From Bacteroidia bacterium (GTDB lineage Bacteria > Bacteroidota > Bacteroidia > NS11-12g > UBA955), in assembly GCA_023653095.1 (NCBI GenBank), contig JAMNXP010000002.1, forward strand, positions 80,910-144,909: 64,000 nt of DNA. Direction: 5' to 3'. The notes beneath the pieces were generated by a model. It made no database searches. It worked only from the letters and a program-made list of their open reading frames with translations, and had not been told where the DNA came from. Both the position numbers and the translations under genes were made by a program. Below, piece after piece: positions 44,344-54,279 of the stretch. How positions within the stretch are numbered: the stretch's first letter is position 1; each line of letters begins with the position of its first letter.

Positions 44344-45558
44344 ATGAAAAAAATCGCCATCATTGGGGGAGGAATTGTAGGGGTTGCAACAGCGTTTCAA
44401 TTGTTGAAGGAAACTTCAGATTGTGAGATTGTATTGTTAGAGAAAGAGAATCGAGTTGCAGCGCATCAAACGGGAAATAATAGCGGAGTGATCCACTCGG
44501 GTATTTATTACAAGCCCGGGAGTTTGAAAGCTAAAAATTGCCTAAGAGGGTACGATTTTCTCATTGATTTTTGCAAAAAATACAACATAGATTATGAATT
44601 GTGTGGTAAAGTGATTGTTGCAATCAACGAACATGAAATACCCGCATTGGAGAAATTGTACGATAGAGGAAACGAGCATGGTTTGCAAGGTTTGAAGTAT
44701 TTAACCTCCCAAGAAATCAAAGAAATTGAACCTGAATGTACCGGGATTAAAGGTGTTTTCGTACCACAAACCGGAATTGTAGATTACAAAAGGGTGACAG
44801 AGAAATTGGCTGAAGAAGTTGGTACTAATGCGCGCGCGAGCATCAAACTGTCATCAAAAGTGAATGCTATTGTTTATAGAGATTCAAAGGTGCAAATTGA
44901 GTACACGTCCCCCGAAGGAAAGAAAAATATTCAGGTAGATTATGCCATCAATTGTGCAGGACTTTACTGCGATAAAATTGCGGAGCTTTCGGGCGAGAAG
45001 TTGAATGTAAAGATCATACCATTCAGGGGTGAATATTACACCGTGAAACCAGAGAGAGCGCATATTATTAAGAATTTGATTTATCCAGTGCCAGATTCTA
45101 ATTTTCCGTTTTTAGGGGTGCATTTTACGCGCAGAATTACGGGTGAAATTGAGGCTGGACCCAATGCGGTTTTTGCATTCAAGAGAGAAGGGTATAAGAA
45201 GACTGACTTTAGCGCGAGTGAATTTCTGGAGAGTGTATTTTGGCGTGGATTTCAAAAGGTAGCCTTTAAGTATTGGCAAACCGGAATTGGTGAATATTAC
45301 CGGTCGTTTTCGAAAAGGGCCTTTAACAAGGCACTTCAAAAGTTGGTTCCTGCAGTGACTATGGACGATCTAGAACCAGCAGGAGCTGGGGTTAGAGCTC
45401 AAGCATGTGACAAAGAGGGTAATTTGATTGATGATTTTTACATTCAGGAGTCTGATCAGTTTATTCATGTGCTGAATGCGCCTAGTCCAGCGGCAACATC
45501 GTCGTTGTCAATTGGCATGTATATTTCGGACAGAGCCCGTGAGAAATGGGGAATCTAA
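44344..45558 (+). CDS. lhgO: L-2-hydroxyglutarate oxidase (FAD-dependent)
   Basis: N-terminus MKKIAIIGGGIVGVATAFQL...LLEKE...HQTGNNSGVIHSGIYYKPGSLKA is highly similar to E. coli LhgO (IIGGGIIGMSTA...LLEKE..[23 protein letters not shown]). Confidence 0.8.
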   Translation: MKKIAIIGGGIVGVATAFQLLKETSDCEIVLLEKENRVAAHQTGNNSGVIHSGIYYKPGSLKAKNCLRGYDFLIDFCKKYNIDYELCGKVIVAINEHEIPALEKLYDRGNEHGLQGLKYLTSQEIKEIEPECTGIKGVFVPQTGIVDYKRVTEKLAEEVGTNARASIKLSSKVNAIVYRDSKVQIEYTSPEGKKNIQVDYAINCAGLYCDKIAELSGEKLNVKIIPFRGEYYTVKPERAHIIKNLIYPVPDSNFPFLGVHFTRRITGEIEAGPNAVFAFKREGYKKTDFSASEFLESVFWRGFQKVAFKYWQTGIGEYYRSFSKRAFNKALQKLVPAVTMDDLEPAGAGVRAQACDKEGNLIDDFYIQESDQFIHVLNAPSPAATSSLSIGMYISDRAREKWGI

Positions 45559-46157
45559 AAGAGGTTTTAGGAAAGTATTTACCAGCGGGCAGTGTTGATT
45601 ATGCTCATGATTTACTGTGGAAGTACGGTATCCAATTGCATATTAAGAAACCTCGTACCACAAAGTTTGGAGATTATAGATATCCTAAACCAGGAGAGCC
45701 GCACCGAATCAGCGTCAACAATAATTTGAATCCATATGCATTTTTAGTGACGTTTTTGCACGAAGCGGCGCATTTAGTGAATTTCGAAAAGCGCGGAAGA
45801 CATAATATCAGGCCGCATGGGAAAGAGTGGAAATTGGAATTCAGAGAGATCGCAACTCCCCTTTTAAATAAAGAATTTTTACCAGAACCGGTGTTGTTTG
45901 CCTTAGATGGATATTTGAAAAATCCGGCGGCCAGTAGTTGCACTGACCCCAAATTATTCAGAACTCTAAAGAAATACGACCTTCAGCAAGATAATAAATT
46001 GATGGTGGAAGAAGTTCCAATGGAGGGTAATTTTAAAACCAAAGATGGACGTGTTTTCAGAAAAGTAGAAAAACTCAGAAGCAGATATCGCTGTATTGAG
46101 TTGAACACTAAGAAAACATACTTGGTTCCGGGTTTGATGGAAGTAGAGTTGGTTTAA
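45546..46157 (+). CDS. SprT-like zinc-metalloprotease-fold domain protein
   Basis: HExxH in FLHEAAHLVNF with a downstream His/Glu (HGKEW). 203 aa. 13-nt overlap with lhgO. Confidence 0.45.
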   Translation: MGNLKEVLGKYLPAGSVDYAHDLLWKYGIQLHIKKPRTTKFGDYRYPKPGEPHRISVNNNLNPYAFLVTFLHEAAHLVNFEKRGRHNIRPHGKEWKLEFREIATPLLNKEFLPEPVLFALDGYLKNPAASSCTDPKLFRTLKKYDLQQDNKLMVEEVPMEGNFKTKDGRVFRKVEKLRSRYRCIELNTKKTYLVPGLMEVELV

Positions 46158-46163
46158 TTATCT

Positions 46164-46898
46164 TTGCCATCGTACTCGCACGACATGAAAACCTTATCTA
46201 TCGTAATTCCAGCATATAACGAAGCGGCAACCATTCATCTGATTTTGAATAAGGTAGCAGAAGTAGAGTTGTTGGGCGGAATGTCAAAAGAGGTAATTGT
46301 TGTTGATGATGCTTCAAAAGACGGTACATGGAAGGTGCTGAACGAATATAAATCTCAACACCCAGAACAAAACTTACAACTGTTTCAACATCCGGTAAAT
46401 CAAGGCAAGGGAGCGGCATTGCATACCGGAATTCAAAAGGCAACGGGCGAGGTTACCGTTATTCAAGATGCAGATTTAGAATATGATCCGCATGAATTCA
46501 ATTTGTTGTTAGATCCCATTTACAGAGATGTTGCTGACGTGGTATATGGTTCTCGATTTATGGGCGGGAATCCGCATAGGATCTTATTTTTCTGGCATAG
46601 TATTGGAAACAAGTTCTTGACTTTTTTGAGCAATATGTTTACCAATCTAAATTTAACGGATATGGAAACCTGCTACAAAATGTTCAGAACCGATGTATTG
46701 CAGGGTTTAAAGCTGAAAGAAAAGAGATTTGGGTTTGAACCTGAGGTAACGGCAAAGATGGCGCGTGTTCCGAAAATCAGAATATACGAAGTAGGAATTT
46801 CTTACTACGGAAGAACCTTCGATGAAGGAAAGAAAATTGGTTGGAAAGACGGAATTAGGGCTATTTATTGTATTCTGAAGTACAATCTTTTCGCTTAG
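46164..46898 (+). CDS. Family 2 glycosyltransferase (Dpm1/ArnC-like polyprenyl-phosphate sugar transferase)
   Basis: [24 protein letters not shown], and a DxD-like QDADLEYDP. Confidence 0.85.
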   Translation: MPSYSHDMKTLSIVIPAYNEAATIHLILNKVAEVELLGGMSKEVIVVDDASKDGTWKVLNEYKSQHPEQNLQLFQHPVNQGKGAALHTGIQKATGEVTVIQDADLEYDPHEFNLLLDPIYRDVADVVYGSRFMGGNPHRILFFWHSIGNKFLTFLSNMFTNLNLTDMETCYKMFRTDVLQGLKLKEKRFGFEPEVTAKMARVPKIRIYEVGISYYGRTFDEGKKIGWKDGIRAIYCILKYNLFA

Positions 46899-48018
46899 TT
46901 GGGTAAAATAGCTTTTGTTTTCCTACGGCCCAAATGTAGTTATCTGATTTTTGAATGGCATTGCTAACAGGCATTTGTGTAGGTAGTCCCGATTGTATTT
47001 TTGACGTTCCAACGGCTGCAAAAGTCTCAGGTCCAGTAGCTAGAATACCACTCACATAGCCTTTGTAATTAATGGGAACCAATTTATTATTTTGAGTTAA
47101 TTTCCAAACGGTTATGGTATCTGAATTAGGGAATTGCCAATGTCCGCCGCCCAAGAAATACTCTTTTCGGAAGTCTTTCGCCTCTGCTTTCTCACTGATT
47201 TCTGACATGGCATAAATACCCCAACCACTGCCCTCGGGTAAAGGGATGTTAATGTTTATCAGGTGTTCAGATAACAATACGACTTCCTTGGAGTTATTCA
47301 ATTTTAATTTCAGAAAAACTCTCCTTGCCGATGCTCCCTTAGGTCCCCCGCCACCAATGAGTAATCCAACTTCAATATTTCCATTCTTCGAAGTAAAATA
47401 ATCAATGTTCACAGAACTGCCGCTAGCAGCATACATAGAACTTAATTTTGGGGAAACAGTATTCCATCTTCCGTTGGGTATCTTGATCCAACTTAGGCCC
47501 TTATTTAAACTCATGTAGGCATATAGGTGCTGGGAGTCAGTCTCAATGGGGTCTCCCAATAAAACCCCATTCGATCCTTCAAAATCAATGGCATCAAAGA
47601 AAACACCATTGCGAAAATCACTGTGAACGAGCAACCAATGAGAACCGCCATTGCTGGTGCGAATCAAAACTCCCGAATCACCAGCGCTCATGGCAATAGC
47701 TTCATGAGGCCCCCATGCATGGATGTCTCGAAAATCTTTTCTATCATACCCTTTTGGGCAGCAGTTAAACCACGACATCGAATCTCCAATTTTCCAAATT
47801 TGCCCCTTTGAGCCAGAGACCCAAACAACCGTGTCGGATATAACATGTAGTCCTCGAAAAGATTGAGCTTCAATAAAACTGAAAATGGAAAGGCTAAATA
47901 CGAGAAAAAATGCGGCTTTATTTAGAAGGGTGTCAATAAAACACTTATTTATACAAACTGATTGATTACGTGTTATTTGGCTCAATGTTAAGTTTTTGAA
48001 AATATTGAAAATATTCAT
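46861..48018 (-). CDS. Exported hypothetical protein, probable beta-propeller (BNR/Ycf48-like)
   Basis: Signal peptide. Repeated S/G-x-D-x-G-x-x-W-like segments ([41 protein letters not shown]). Its 3' end overlaps the convergent GT2 gene by 38 nt. Confidence 0.35.
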   Translation of the reverse strand: MNIFNIFKNLTLSQITRNQSVCINKCFIDTLLNKAAFFLVFSLSIFSFIEAQSFRGLHVISDTVVWVSGSKGQIWKIGDSMSWFNCCPKGYDRKDFRDIHAWGPHEAIAMSAGDSGVLIRTSNGGSHWLLVHSDFRNGVFFDAIDFEGSNGVLLGDPIETDSQHLYAYMSLNKGLSWIKIPNGRWNTVSPKLSSMYAASGSSVNIDYFTSKNGNIEVGLLIGGGGPKGASARRVFLKLKLNNSKEVVLLSEHLININIPLPEGSGWGIYAMSEISEKAEAKDFRKEYFLGGGHWQFPNSDTITVWKLTQNNKLVPINYKGYVSGILATGPETFAAVGTSKIQSGLPTQMPVSNAIQKSDNYIWAVGKQKLFYPTKRKDCTSEYNK

Positions 48019-48067
48019 TGTGATGTTGGTTGGAATTTAGTTATTTTGTTTTAAATCATATCTGCCT

Positions 48068-48829
48068 ATGGATGAAAAAAATACAAGCGTTTTATTTACA
48101 ATCGACAAAAATCACCAATTAGAACCGGCCTTAACAGCGGCAAAATCCTTGGCAAGAAAAACTCAAGGTAAGTTAACTTATGTGCAAACCGATGAATCTC
48201 TTGCTGTTGAACCACAATTTGGAGCGTTTGAAGTTATTCGTGCCTCAGGTACTCTGTGGAAGAGTATGTCCAAGATTTCACAAGAACAAGGAGTGAAAAT
48301 GATTTTGATTTCAGCCCCCCCTCAAAAAGGTGGTCTTTTGGGTGGAGGTATGACAGCATTGATCAAAAGTTTTGACAAATGCCGAATTATTTACCTCAAT
48401 CAAAATCAAAATTGGGTAGAGCCGCGAAACATGTTGATGCCCATTGATGGAAATTCTGAAACCCGTCAAAAGTTGTTCGCAACTTCTGATTGGGCCAAGA
48501 TTTATTACAGTTTGGTCACTGTTTTGGGAGTTTCCAATCCAAAAGACAAAGAAGATCAAAAGTATTCACACATTTATGCCCTTCAAGCGAAGATTTACAT
48601 GGAAGAGCGCAAGATCAATGTGAAATTGGAGGAAGTTCAAAACAAAAGCTGTGCAGAAGCAGTGCTTGCAACATCCAATGAATTACCCAATTGCTGGATA
48701 GCAGCAGTGAGTAATTCTGAGGGAACTTTTAAAACGAGTGCGTTTCAAACTGTGTGTGAACAAGCGAAAGTGCCTATCTTAATATCTCCGTATCAAGAAG
48801 TGGTGGGTACTGGCTCCGTGGGGTACTGA
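48068..48829 (+). CDS. Hypothetical protein (possibly universal-stress-protein-like alpha/beta fold)
   Basis: No signal peptide or diagnostic motif. Weak UspA-like pattern only. 253 aa. Confidence 0.3.
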   Translation: MDEKNTSVLFTIDKNHQLEPALTAAKSLARKTQGKLTYVQTDESLAVEPQFGAFEVIRASGTLWKSMSKISQEQGVKMILISAPPQKGGLLGGGMTALIKSFDKCRIIYLNQNQNWVEPRNMLMPIDGNSETRQKLFATSDWAKIYYSLVTVLGVSNPKDKEDQKYSHIYALQAKIYMEERKINVKLEEVQNKSCAEAVLATSNELPNCWIAAVSNSEGTFKTSAFQTVCEQAKVPILISPYQEVVGTGSVGY

Positions 48830-48892
48830 TTCTTATTTGATTCTTACTGATTCTGCAAAAATTGAGTGAGAATATTGTCGAAAAACACCTTG

Positions 48893-48917
48893 GGGTCGCC
48901 AAAAGCGGCCCTTTTTT
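48893..48917 (+). terminator. Rho-independent terminator
   Basis: GGGTCGC caaaa GCGGCCC (7-bp stem including one G-U) followed by TTTTTT. Confidence 0.65.
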
Positions 48918-48964
48918 AATTCTACTGTTGCAGTATTGACGATAGTTAGCGAAATTGCAGCGTT

Positions 48965-49744
48965 ATGCAGCCAATTCGTACTGTTCAAGATTATTTATCG
49001 GCCGGTGAAACCCCTGAAATCTTATTTTGGGTGGGTTGTGCTGGAAGCTTTGATGAACGCGCCCAAAGAGTAAGTCGTGCATTTTCAGAGATTCTGCAAA
49101 AAGCCGAGGTAAAATTTGCCATTCTAGGTGTTGAGGAAGGTTGTACCGGAGATCCTGCAAAACGTGCGGGAAATGAGTTTCTCTTCCAAATGCAAGCTAT
49201 GCAAAATATAGAAGTTCTCAATGGCTATGGAATTCAACGAATTGTTACTGCTTGTCCGCATTGCTTCAATACCCTCAAGAATGAATATCCATCCCTAGGG
49301 GGAAATTACCAAGTAGTTCATCACACCCAACTAATCAATGAGTTGCTCGAGTCTGGTAAGTTATCCATTGAAGGCGGACCTTATAAAGGGAAGAAAATCA
49401 CCTATCACGATAGTTGTTATTTGGGACGTTCAAACGGTATCTACGAAGCTCCAAGAATGGTTATTGAACGATTGGATGCCGATTTGACCGAAATGAAACG
49501 TTGCAAAACCAATGGTTTGTGCTGCGGTGCTGGAGGGGCTCAAATGTTCAAAGAAGCTGAAAATGGAAATAAAGAGATCAATGTTGAACGTGCCGAAGAA
49601 GCCTTGAACACTCAAGCTGAAATCATTGCTGTTAATTGTCCGTTCTGCATGACCATGATGAAAGACGGAACCAAACACTTCGAAAAGGAAGATCAAGTTG
49701 AAGTTCTTGATATTGCTGAATTGGTTCAGAAACATTTAAATTAA
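48965..49744 (+). CDS. (Fe-S)-binding protein with two cysteine-rich CCG domains (LutA/GlpC/HdrD-like)
   Basis: CPHCFNTLKNEYPSLGG ... HDSCYLGRSNGIYEAPR and GLCCGAGGAQMF ... CPFCMTMMKDG. The duplicated CX31-38CCX33-34CXXC-type pattern marks CCG domains. Confidence 0.65.
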   Translation: MQPIRTVQDYLSAGETPEILFWVGCAGSFDERAQRVSRAFSEILQKAEVKFAILGVEEGCTGDPAKRAGNEFLFQMQAMQNIEVLNGYGIQRIVTACPHCFNTLKNEYPSLGGNYQVVHHTQLINELLESGKLSIEGGPYKGKKITYHDSCYLGRSNGIYEAPRMVIERLDADLTEMKRCKTNGLCCGAGGAQMFKEAENGNKEINVERAEEALNTQAEIIAVNCPFCMTMMKDGTKHFEKEDQVEVLDIAELVQKHLN

Positions 49745-49748
49745 GACA

Positions 49749-50234
49749 GTGCTTTTAGCTAATTTACCCGCCCACTCTCGAATTTGGTTTTTTGGTGCTC
49801 ATCGAATTTTAAATGAGACCGAAATAGCACTTTTACAAGACGCAATGTCATCTTTTGTGGCTACTTGGACAGCACATGGAGCGCAGCTCTCTGCTGATTT
49901 TTCCATTCAACATGAAGCCATCCTGATTGTTGGAGTAGATGAATCGGTTGCCCCGCCTACAGGTTGCAGCATCGATAAGGTCTTTCAAGTACTCAAAGAT
50001 TTTCAGAGCCAAACGGGTGTAGATTTCTTCCAAAGAACCTTAATTTGGGAAGCATTTTGCAATACCACTGAAATTTATTCCCTTGATTCTGCCAAACAAG
50101 CACTTCAAGAAGGTCGACTCAAGAACAATACTCTGATTTTGAATCCGTTAATTACCCATTTGAGCCAAGCCAGAGAATCCATGTACGTTCCTCTTGATGA
50201 ATCTTGGGCCGCTCCTAAACTTGGAATTCAATAA
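49749..50234 (+). CDS. Hypothetical protein (161 aa), co-oriented between the CCG protein and the MFS transporter
   Basis: ORF only, with 4- and 5-nt gaps to its neighbours. No recognisable motif. Confidence 0.35.
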   Translation: MLLANLPAHSRIWFFGAHRILNETEIALLQDAMSSFVATWTAHGAQLSADFSIQHEAILIVGVDESVAPPTGCSIDKVFQVLKDFQSQTGVDFFQRTLIWEAFCNTTEIYSLDSAKQALQEGRLKNNTLILNPLITHLSQARESMYVPLDESWAAPKLGIQ

Positions 50235-50239
50235 ATACC

Positions 50240-51514
50240 ATGAAAGATCGCCGAATAGCCATACTGTTTTTAACCATTTTCATTGATCTTTTGGGATTTG
50301 GAATTGTCATTCCCATTCTCCCCAACTTGGCCAAAGAATTGTCAATGGAGTCGGGTACTTCTATCAATCCCGACGTTGCAGTTGGACTTATCGCTGCGGT
50401 TTTTTCTATCATTCAGTTCATTTTTGCCCCTTTATTTGGAAGTTTATCGGATAGAATTGGCCGACGACCCATCATCTTAGGCTCGATTTTGGTCAATGCC
50501 TTTGGATATGTGTTATTTGGACTTTCACAGTCGTTTTGGGTTTTGATTCTCGCTAGAATTATTTCTGGGTTTGGAAGTGCCAATATATCGGCGGCGCAAG
50601 CGTACATCGCAGACATCACCAATTACGAAGATAGAGCCAAGAAAATGGGTATCATTGGTGCTGCTTTTGGATTGGGATTTGTTTTTGGTCCTCCTCTCGG
50701 AGGATGGTTATACGGTTCTGAGACATTATTCGGTGTTGACGTCAAACAGTTGTTTCATATTCATGAATCTGCCAATCATTCCCTTTTCATTGTAGGATTA
50801 TTCACCGCGTTGCTTTGTTTGCTGAATTTTGTATTAGCTTGGAAGTTTCTCCCTGAAAGCAACACCCAAAAATCCACCGTGAAAAGAAGTCCAACAGAAA
50901 CCTTCACCGGTATGCTTGAAGCCCGAAAGATTCCGATTATCAGCGAGCTCATGTTGATCAACTTCATTTACATCGCTGCGTTTTCTATGATGCAAATCAA
51001 TGCGAGCGTGCTTTGGAAAGAAAAATACGATTTGAACCCCGTTGCCATTGGAAATATTTTTGGTGTTATAGGCATTTTTAGCGCGGTAGTTCAAGGTGGG
51101 CTCATTGGCGTCTTTCAAAAGAAATTAGGACTCAGAAGAATGCTCATATGGGGAGCACCCATAGCAGGAATCGGACTTTCATTGATTCCGTTGCCTTCGA
51201 AGGAATGGTTTTACGCCGTTCAATTCTTTGCCATTTTTTGCTTGGCATTGGCCAATGGTTTGTTGATGCCTGCCATCAATAGCTTGGTTTCATTGAATGC
51301 TCCGGCAAATGCTCAAGGACAAATGTTGGGCATCATGCAGTCTTTGGGATCATTGGCTAGAGCTGTGGGTCCTTTGTTAAGCGGGCTTCTATACGCTCAG
51401 TTTTATATGCTTCCCTATTTGGCAGGCGGTATTTTAATGATGGTCAATTTTGGTTTAGCACTTATATTAGCCAAACAATTAAACCAATCATCGCAGCAAG
51501 TTGTCAAAGATTAA
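50240..51514 (+). CDS. MFS transporter (12-TM, TetA/DHA1-like)
   Basis: MFS motif A GSLSDRIGRRPIILGS between TM2 and TM3. 12 predicted TM segments. Confidence 0.85.
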   Translation: MKDRRIAILFLTIFIDLLGFGIVIPILPNLAKELSMESGTSINPDVAVGLIAAVFSIIQFIFAPLFGSLSDRIGRRPIILGSILVNAFGYVLFGLSQSFWVLILARIISGFGSANISAAQAYIADITNYEDRAKKMGIIGAAFGLGFVFGPPLGGWLYGSETLFGVDVKQLFHIHESANHSLFIVGLFTALLCLLNFVLAWKFLPESNTQKSTVKRSPTETFTGMLEARKIPIISELMLINFIYIAAFSMMQINASVLWKEKYDLNPVAIGNIFGVIGIFSAVVQGGLIGVFQKKLGLRRMLIWGAPIAGIGLSLIPLPSKEWFYAVQFFAIFCLALANGLLMPAINSLVSLNAPANAQGQMLGIMQSLGSLARAVGPLLSGLLYAQFYMLPYLAGGILMMVNFGLALILAKQLNQSSQQVVKD

Positions 51515-52775
51515 AGTACTACATATCAATGCCTCCTCAGAGGGTGGAGCATCTGTGGTTGCTCAACGACTCAATGAAGGATTGAATCGTTTTGGTCAAG
51601 AGGTTGAATCCAAACATTTGGTATTTTCTGGTCAATTGAGCCATGCACAAAGTGCTTCACCCTACATATTATGGGCCGATAATCTGCCAAAGAGGTGGTT
51701 TACTTTCCTAAAACATGCATTAGATAAGCTCAGTTTCTTGCGATTTGAGGCATCAAAGAAGGTCAGATTTCAATTCAGTCATGCCAGTCAAGGATTTGAC
51801 ATTTCCAACCATGAATTGGTACAATGGGCAGATATTATACATTTACATTGGGTACATAAAGGATTCCAATCTTTTGAAACTTTGGAAAAGTTATTGTCAG
51901 TACCCCACAAAAAATTTGTTTGGACCTGTCATGATTTATGGCCTGTAACCGGAGGTTGTTATTATACCTGGGGATGCGAAAATCATCAAGTGGCTTGCGG
52001 TAACTGTAAGTATTTAAAACATCCTGCCCTGAATGATATTTCTAGTTCTTTACTTGAGCGAAAAATTAAACTTTGGGGTAACAACCAAATCAAATTTGTG
52101 ACACCCAGTAGTTGGCTTGCCCATCAAGCCAATTCTAGCGTTGTTATGAAAAACAATGTTGAAATGTCTGTGATTCCCAATCCTATAGACTCTGAGAAGT
52201 TTCAACCCTTGGAAGAAGGAGTGAGGCAGGAATTGAAGCAGAGCCATGGATTTGATAAACCGTTGTTGATGTTTTCGGCAGCGTACTTACAAAATCCAGC
52301 AAAGGGTTTTTTATTTTTCATTGAGTTGTGTAATTGTCTGCGCCAACAGAATATTGATTTTGAGGTTTTGATTTTAGGAGACAATAAAAACGAGGAATTG
52401 GGGCCATTTTCCTTTAAGTTTACGCATTGGGGATACGTTACTGACATGGACAGGGTGAAATTAGCCTTCCAATTGAGCGATTTATATGTCATTACTTCGG
52501 TGCAAGACAACCTACCAACAACCATCATAGAAAGCTTGTCTATGGGCACGCCGGCTGCAGGGTTTAGGGTAGGAGGTATACCAGAAATGATAGACGATGG
52601 CGTTAATGGTTTCCTGGTTGAATCGGGTGATGTTTTAAGCCTTTCAAAAAAGGTGGGAGACTTCCTAAAAAACAATCGGGCCGATTTTAGAAATCAAGCC
52701 CGACTGAAAACATTAAATACATACGATACAAAGGTGATAGTAAATCAAATTACCACGGTCTATAAATCTCTTTAA
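51501..52775 (+). CDS. GT-B fold glycosyltransferase (family 4-like)
   Basis: C-terminal E..GFG.P-type motif (DNLPTTIIESLSMGTPAAGFRVGGIPEMIDDGVNGFLVE). Confidence 0.8.
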   Translation: MSKIKVLHINASSEGGASVVAQRLNEGLNRFGQEVESKHLVFSGQLSHAQSASPYILWADNLPKRWFTFLKHALDKLSFLRFEASKKVRFQFSHASQGFDISNHELVQWADIIHLHWVHKGFQSFETLEKLLSVPHKKFVWTCHDLWPVTGGCYYTWGCENHQVACGNCKYLKHPALNDISSSLLERKIKLWGNNQIKFVTPSSWLAHQANSSVVMKNNVEMSVIPNPIDSEKFQPLEEGVRQELKQSHGFDKPLLMFSAAYLQNPAKGFLFFIELCNCLRQQNIDFEVLILGDNKNEELGPFSFKFTHWGYVTDMDRVKLAFQLSDLYVITSVQDNLPTTIIESLSMGTPAAGFRVGGIPEMIDDGVNGFLVESGDVLSLSKKVGDFLKNNRADFRNQARLKTLNTYDTKVIVNQITTVYKSL

Positions 52776-54268
52776 TCTACGTTGTCATGCAACATCCTGT
52801 TGGGTTGCACAGTGAAATTGTTGTCTTTAGAATGTGTTTCAGTGCCCTGAATGGTTAATCTACTTACTTCTACAGCGCTACTAGGAGGTGCCGAAACCAA
52901 TTCTACGTTACGTCTCAAATAAGCAGGAATATCCATGTCGTTGTCATGTATACTCGCTTTGTTTTCTCGACTCAACGATTGTACGGCAGGCTGTTGATAA
53001 TTTAAGTGCAGCTGTGAATTACGGTTACTTTGTGTTTTAAAAAGATCTTCAACGCTTGGAGTGTTGATGTTCTCTTTCACGGTTAATGGCTTAGATTCTA
53101 TAACAGGTTCTGTTTTGGCAGCCATCGGCTCTCTGATAGGCTCTCTTGCAGGATCTCTCGCAGGCTCTCTAGATGGAGTTTCGAAACTAGCATCTTCAAT
53201 TTCTAAAGGAAGATCGGTTGGTACAAAGGTTTGAGTTTGTGCAACTTCTTCTATAAGTTGGTCAGTAAAAACTTCTTTTTGAATGGCTGTTACTTCTTCA
53301 AATCCAGTTGCAATAACGGTCACACTGATTTTGTCTTCCAATGTTGGTTCGAGGGTAATACCCATTTTTAGCAATGCATTGTTACCCGCTTCTTCTTGTA
53401 GGTAAGATGTAATGATTCGAGTTTCAGACATGGTGGGTGCTTTGGTGCCGTAGGTTAGGTTAATCAAAAGGTGTTTTGCACCAAAAATTCTAGTACTATC
53501 AAGCAATGGACTATTTAATGCAGCTCTAACGGCTAATTCCGCACGATTTTCACCGGCAGCAGTTCCAGTGCCCATTAAGGCTTGACCTGATCCTTGCATG
53601 GCGGTTTTAACGTCGTTGAAGTCTACGTTTAAGTGTCCGGTTTTGAAAATGATCTCTGCAATTCCCCTCGCGGCAGTGCAAAGTACATCATCGGCTTTCG
53701 AAAAGGCTTCTAAGAACGACAAATCGCCGAACATATCTACGATACGGTCATTGGAAATGGATATAAGAGCATCTACATGAGGTTTTAAATCAGCAATACC
53801 CTGTTGGGCTTGTTTTATCCTTACTGGACCTTCATCTGAGAAAGGAATGGTCACAATTCCAACCGTCAAAATGCCCATTTCTTTGGCGAATTTTGCAATG
53901 ATGGGAACTGCCCCAGTACCTGTTCCACCGCCCATGCCGGCAGTCAAGAAAATCATTCGGGTACCATCACCTAGCATTCGTTGAATATCGGCTTTGCTTT
54001 CTTCTGCAGCTTTTGCTCCCATATTGGGATCAGATCCAGCGCCAAGTCCTGCAGTAAGTTCATTACCCAATTGTATTTTATTGGGAACAGGACTATGTCT
54101 GAGTGCTTGGTTATCTGTATTGCAGATGAAGAAATCTACGCCCTCAATACCTTCACGGTACATATGATTGACAGCGTTTCCTCCGCCGCCACCTACTCCA
54201 ATGACTTTAATGATGTTATTCAATTTATTCGGTTGATTAGGTTCTGAATGAAAATCAGGTTGAAACAT
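52772..54268 (-). CDS. ftsZ: Cell division GTPase FtsZ
   Basis: IKVIGVGGGGGNAVNHM tubulin/FtsZ signature, GTGTGAAP T7 region, and a disordered C-terminal linker. Confidence 0.95.
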   Translation of the reverse strand: MFQPDFHSEPNQPNKLNNIIKVIGVGGGGGNAVNHMYREGIEGVDFFICNTDNQALRHSPVPNKIQLGNELTAGLGAGSDPNMGAKAAEESKADIQRMLGDGTRMIFLTAGMGGGTGTGAVPIIAKFAKEMGILTVGIVTIPFSDEGPVRIKQAQQGIADLKPHVDALISISNDRIVDMFGDLSFLEAFSKADDVLCTAARGIAEIIFKTGHLNVDFNDVKTAMQGSGQALMGTGTAAGENRAELAVRAALNSPLLDSTRIFGAKHLLINLTYGTKAPTMSETRIITSYLQEEAGNNALLKMGITLEPTLEDKISVTVIATGFEEVTAIQKEVFTDQLIEEVAQTQTFVPTDLPLEIEDASFETPSREPARDPAREPIREPMAAKTEPVIESKPLTVKENINTPSVEDLFKTQSNRNSQLHLNYQQPAVQSLSRENKASIHDNDMDIPAYLRRNVELVSAPPSSAVEVSRLTIQGTETHSKDNNFTVQPNRMLHDNVD

Positions 54269-54279
54269 GGTTTTAGATT

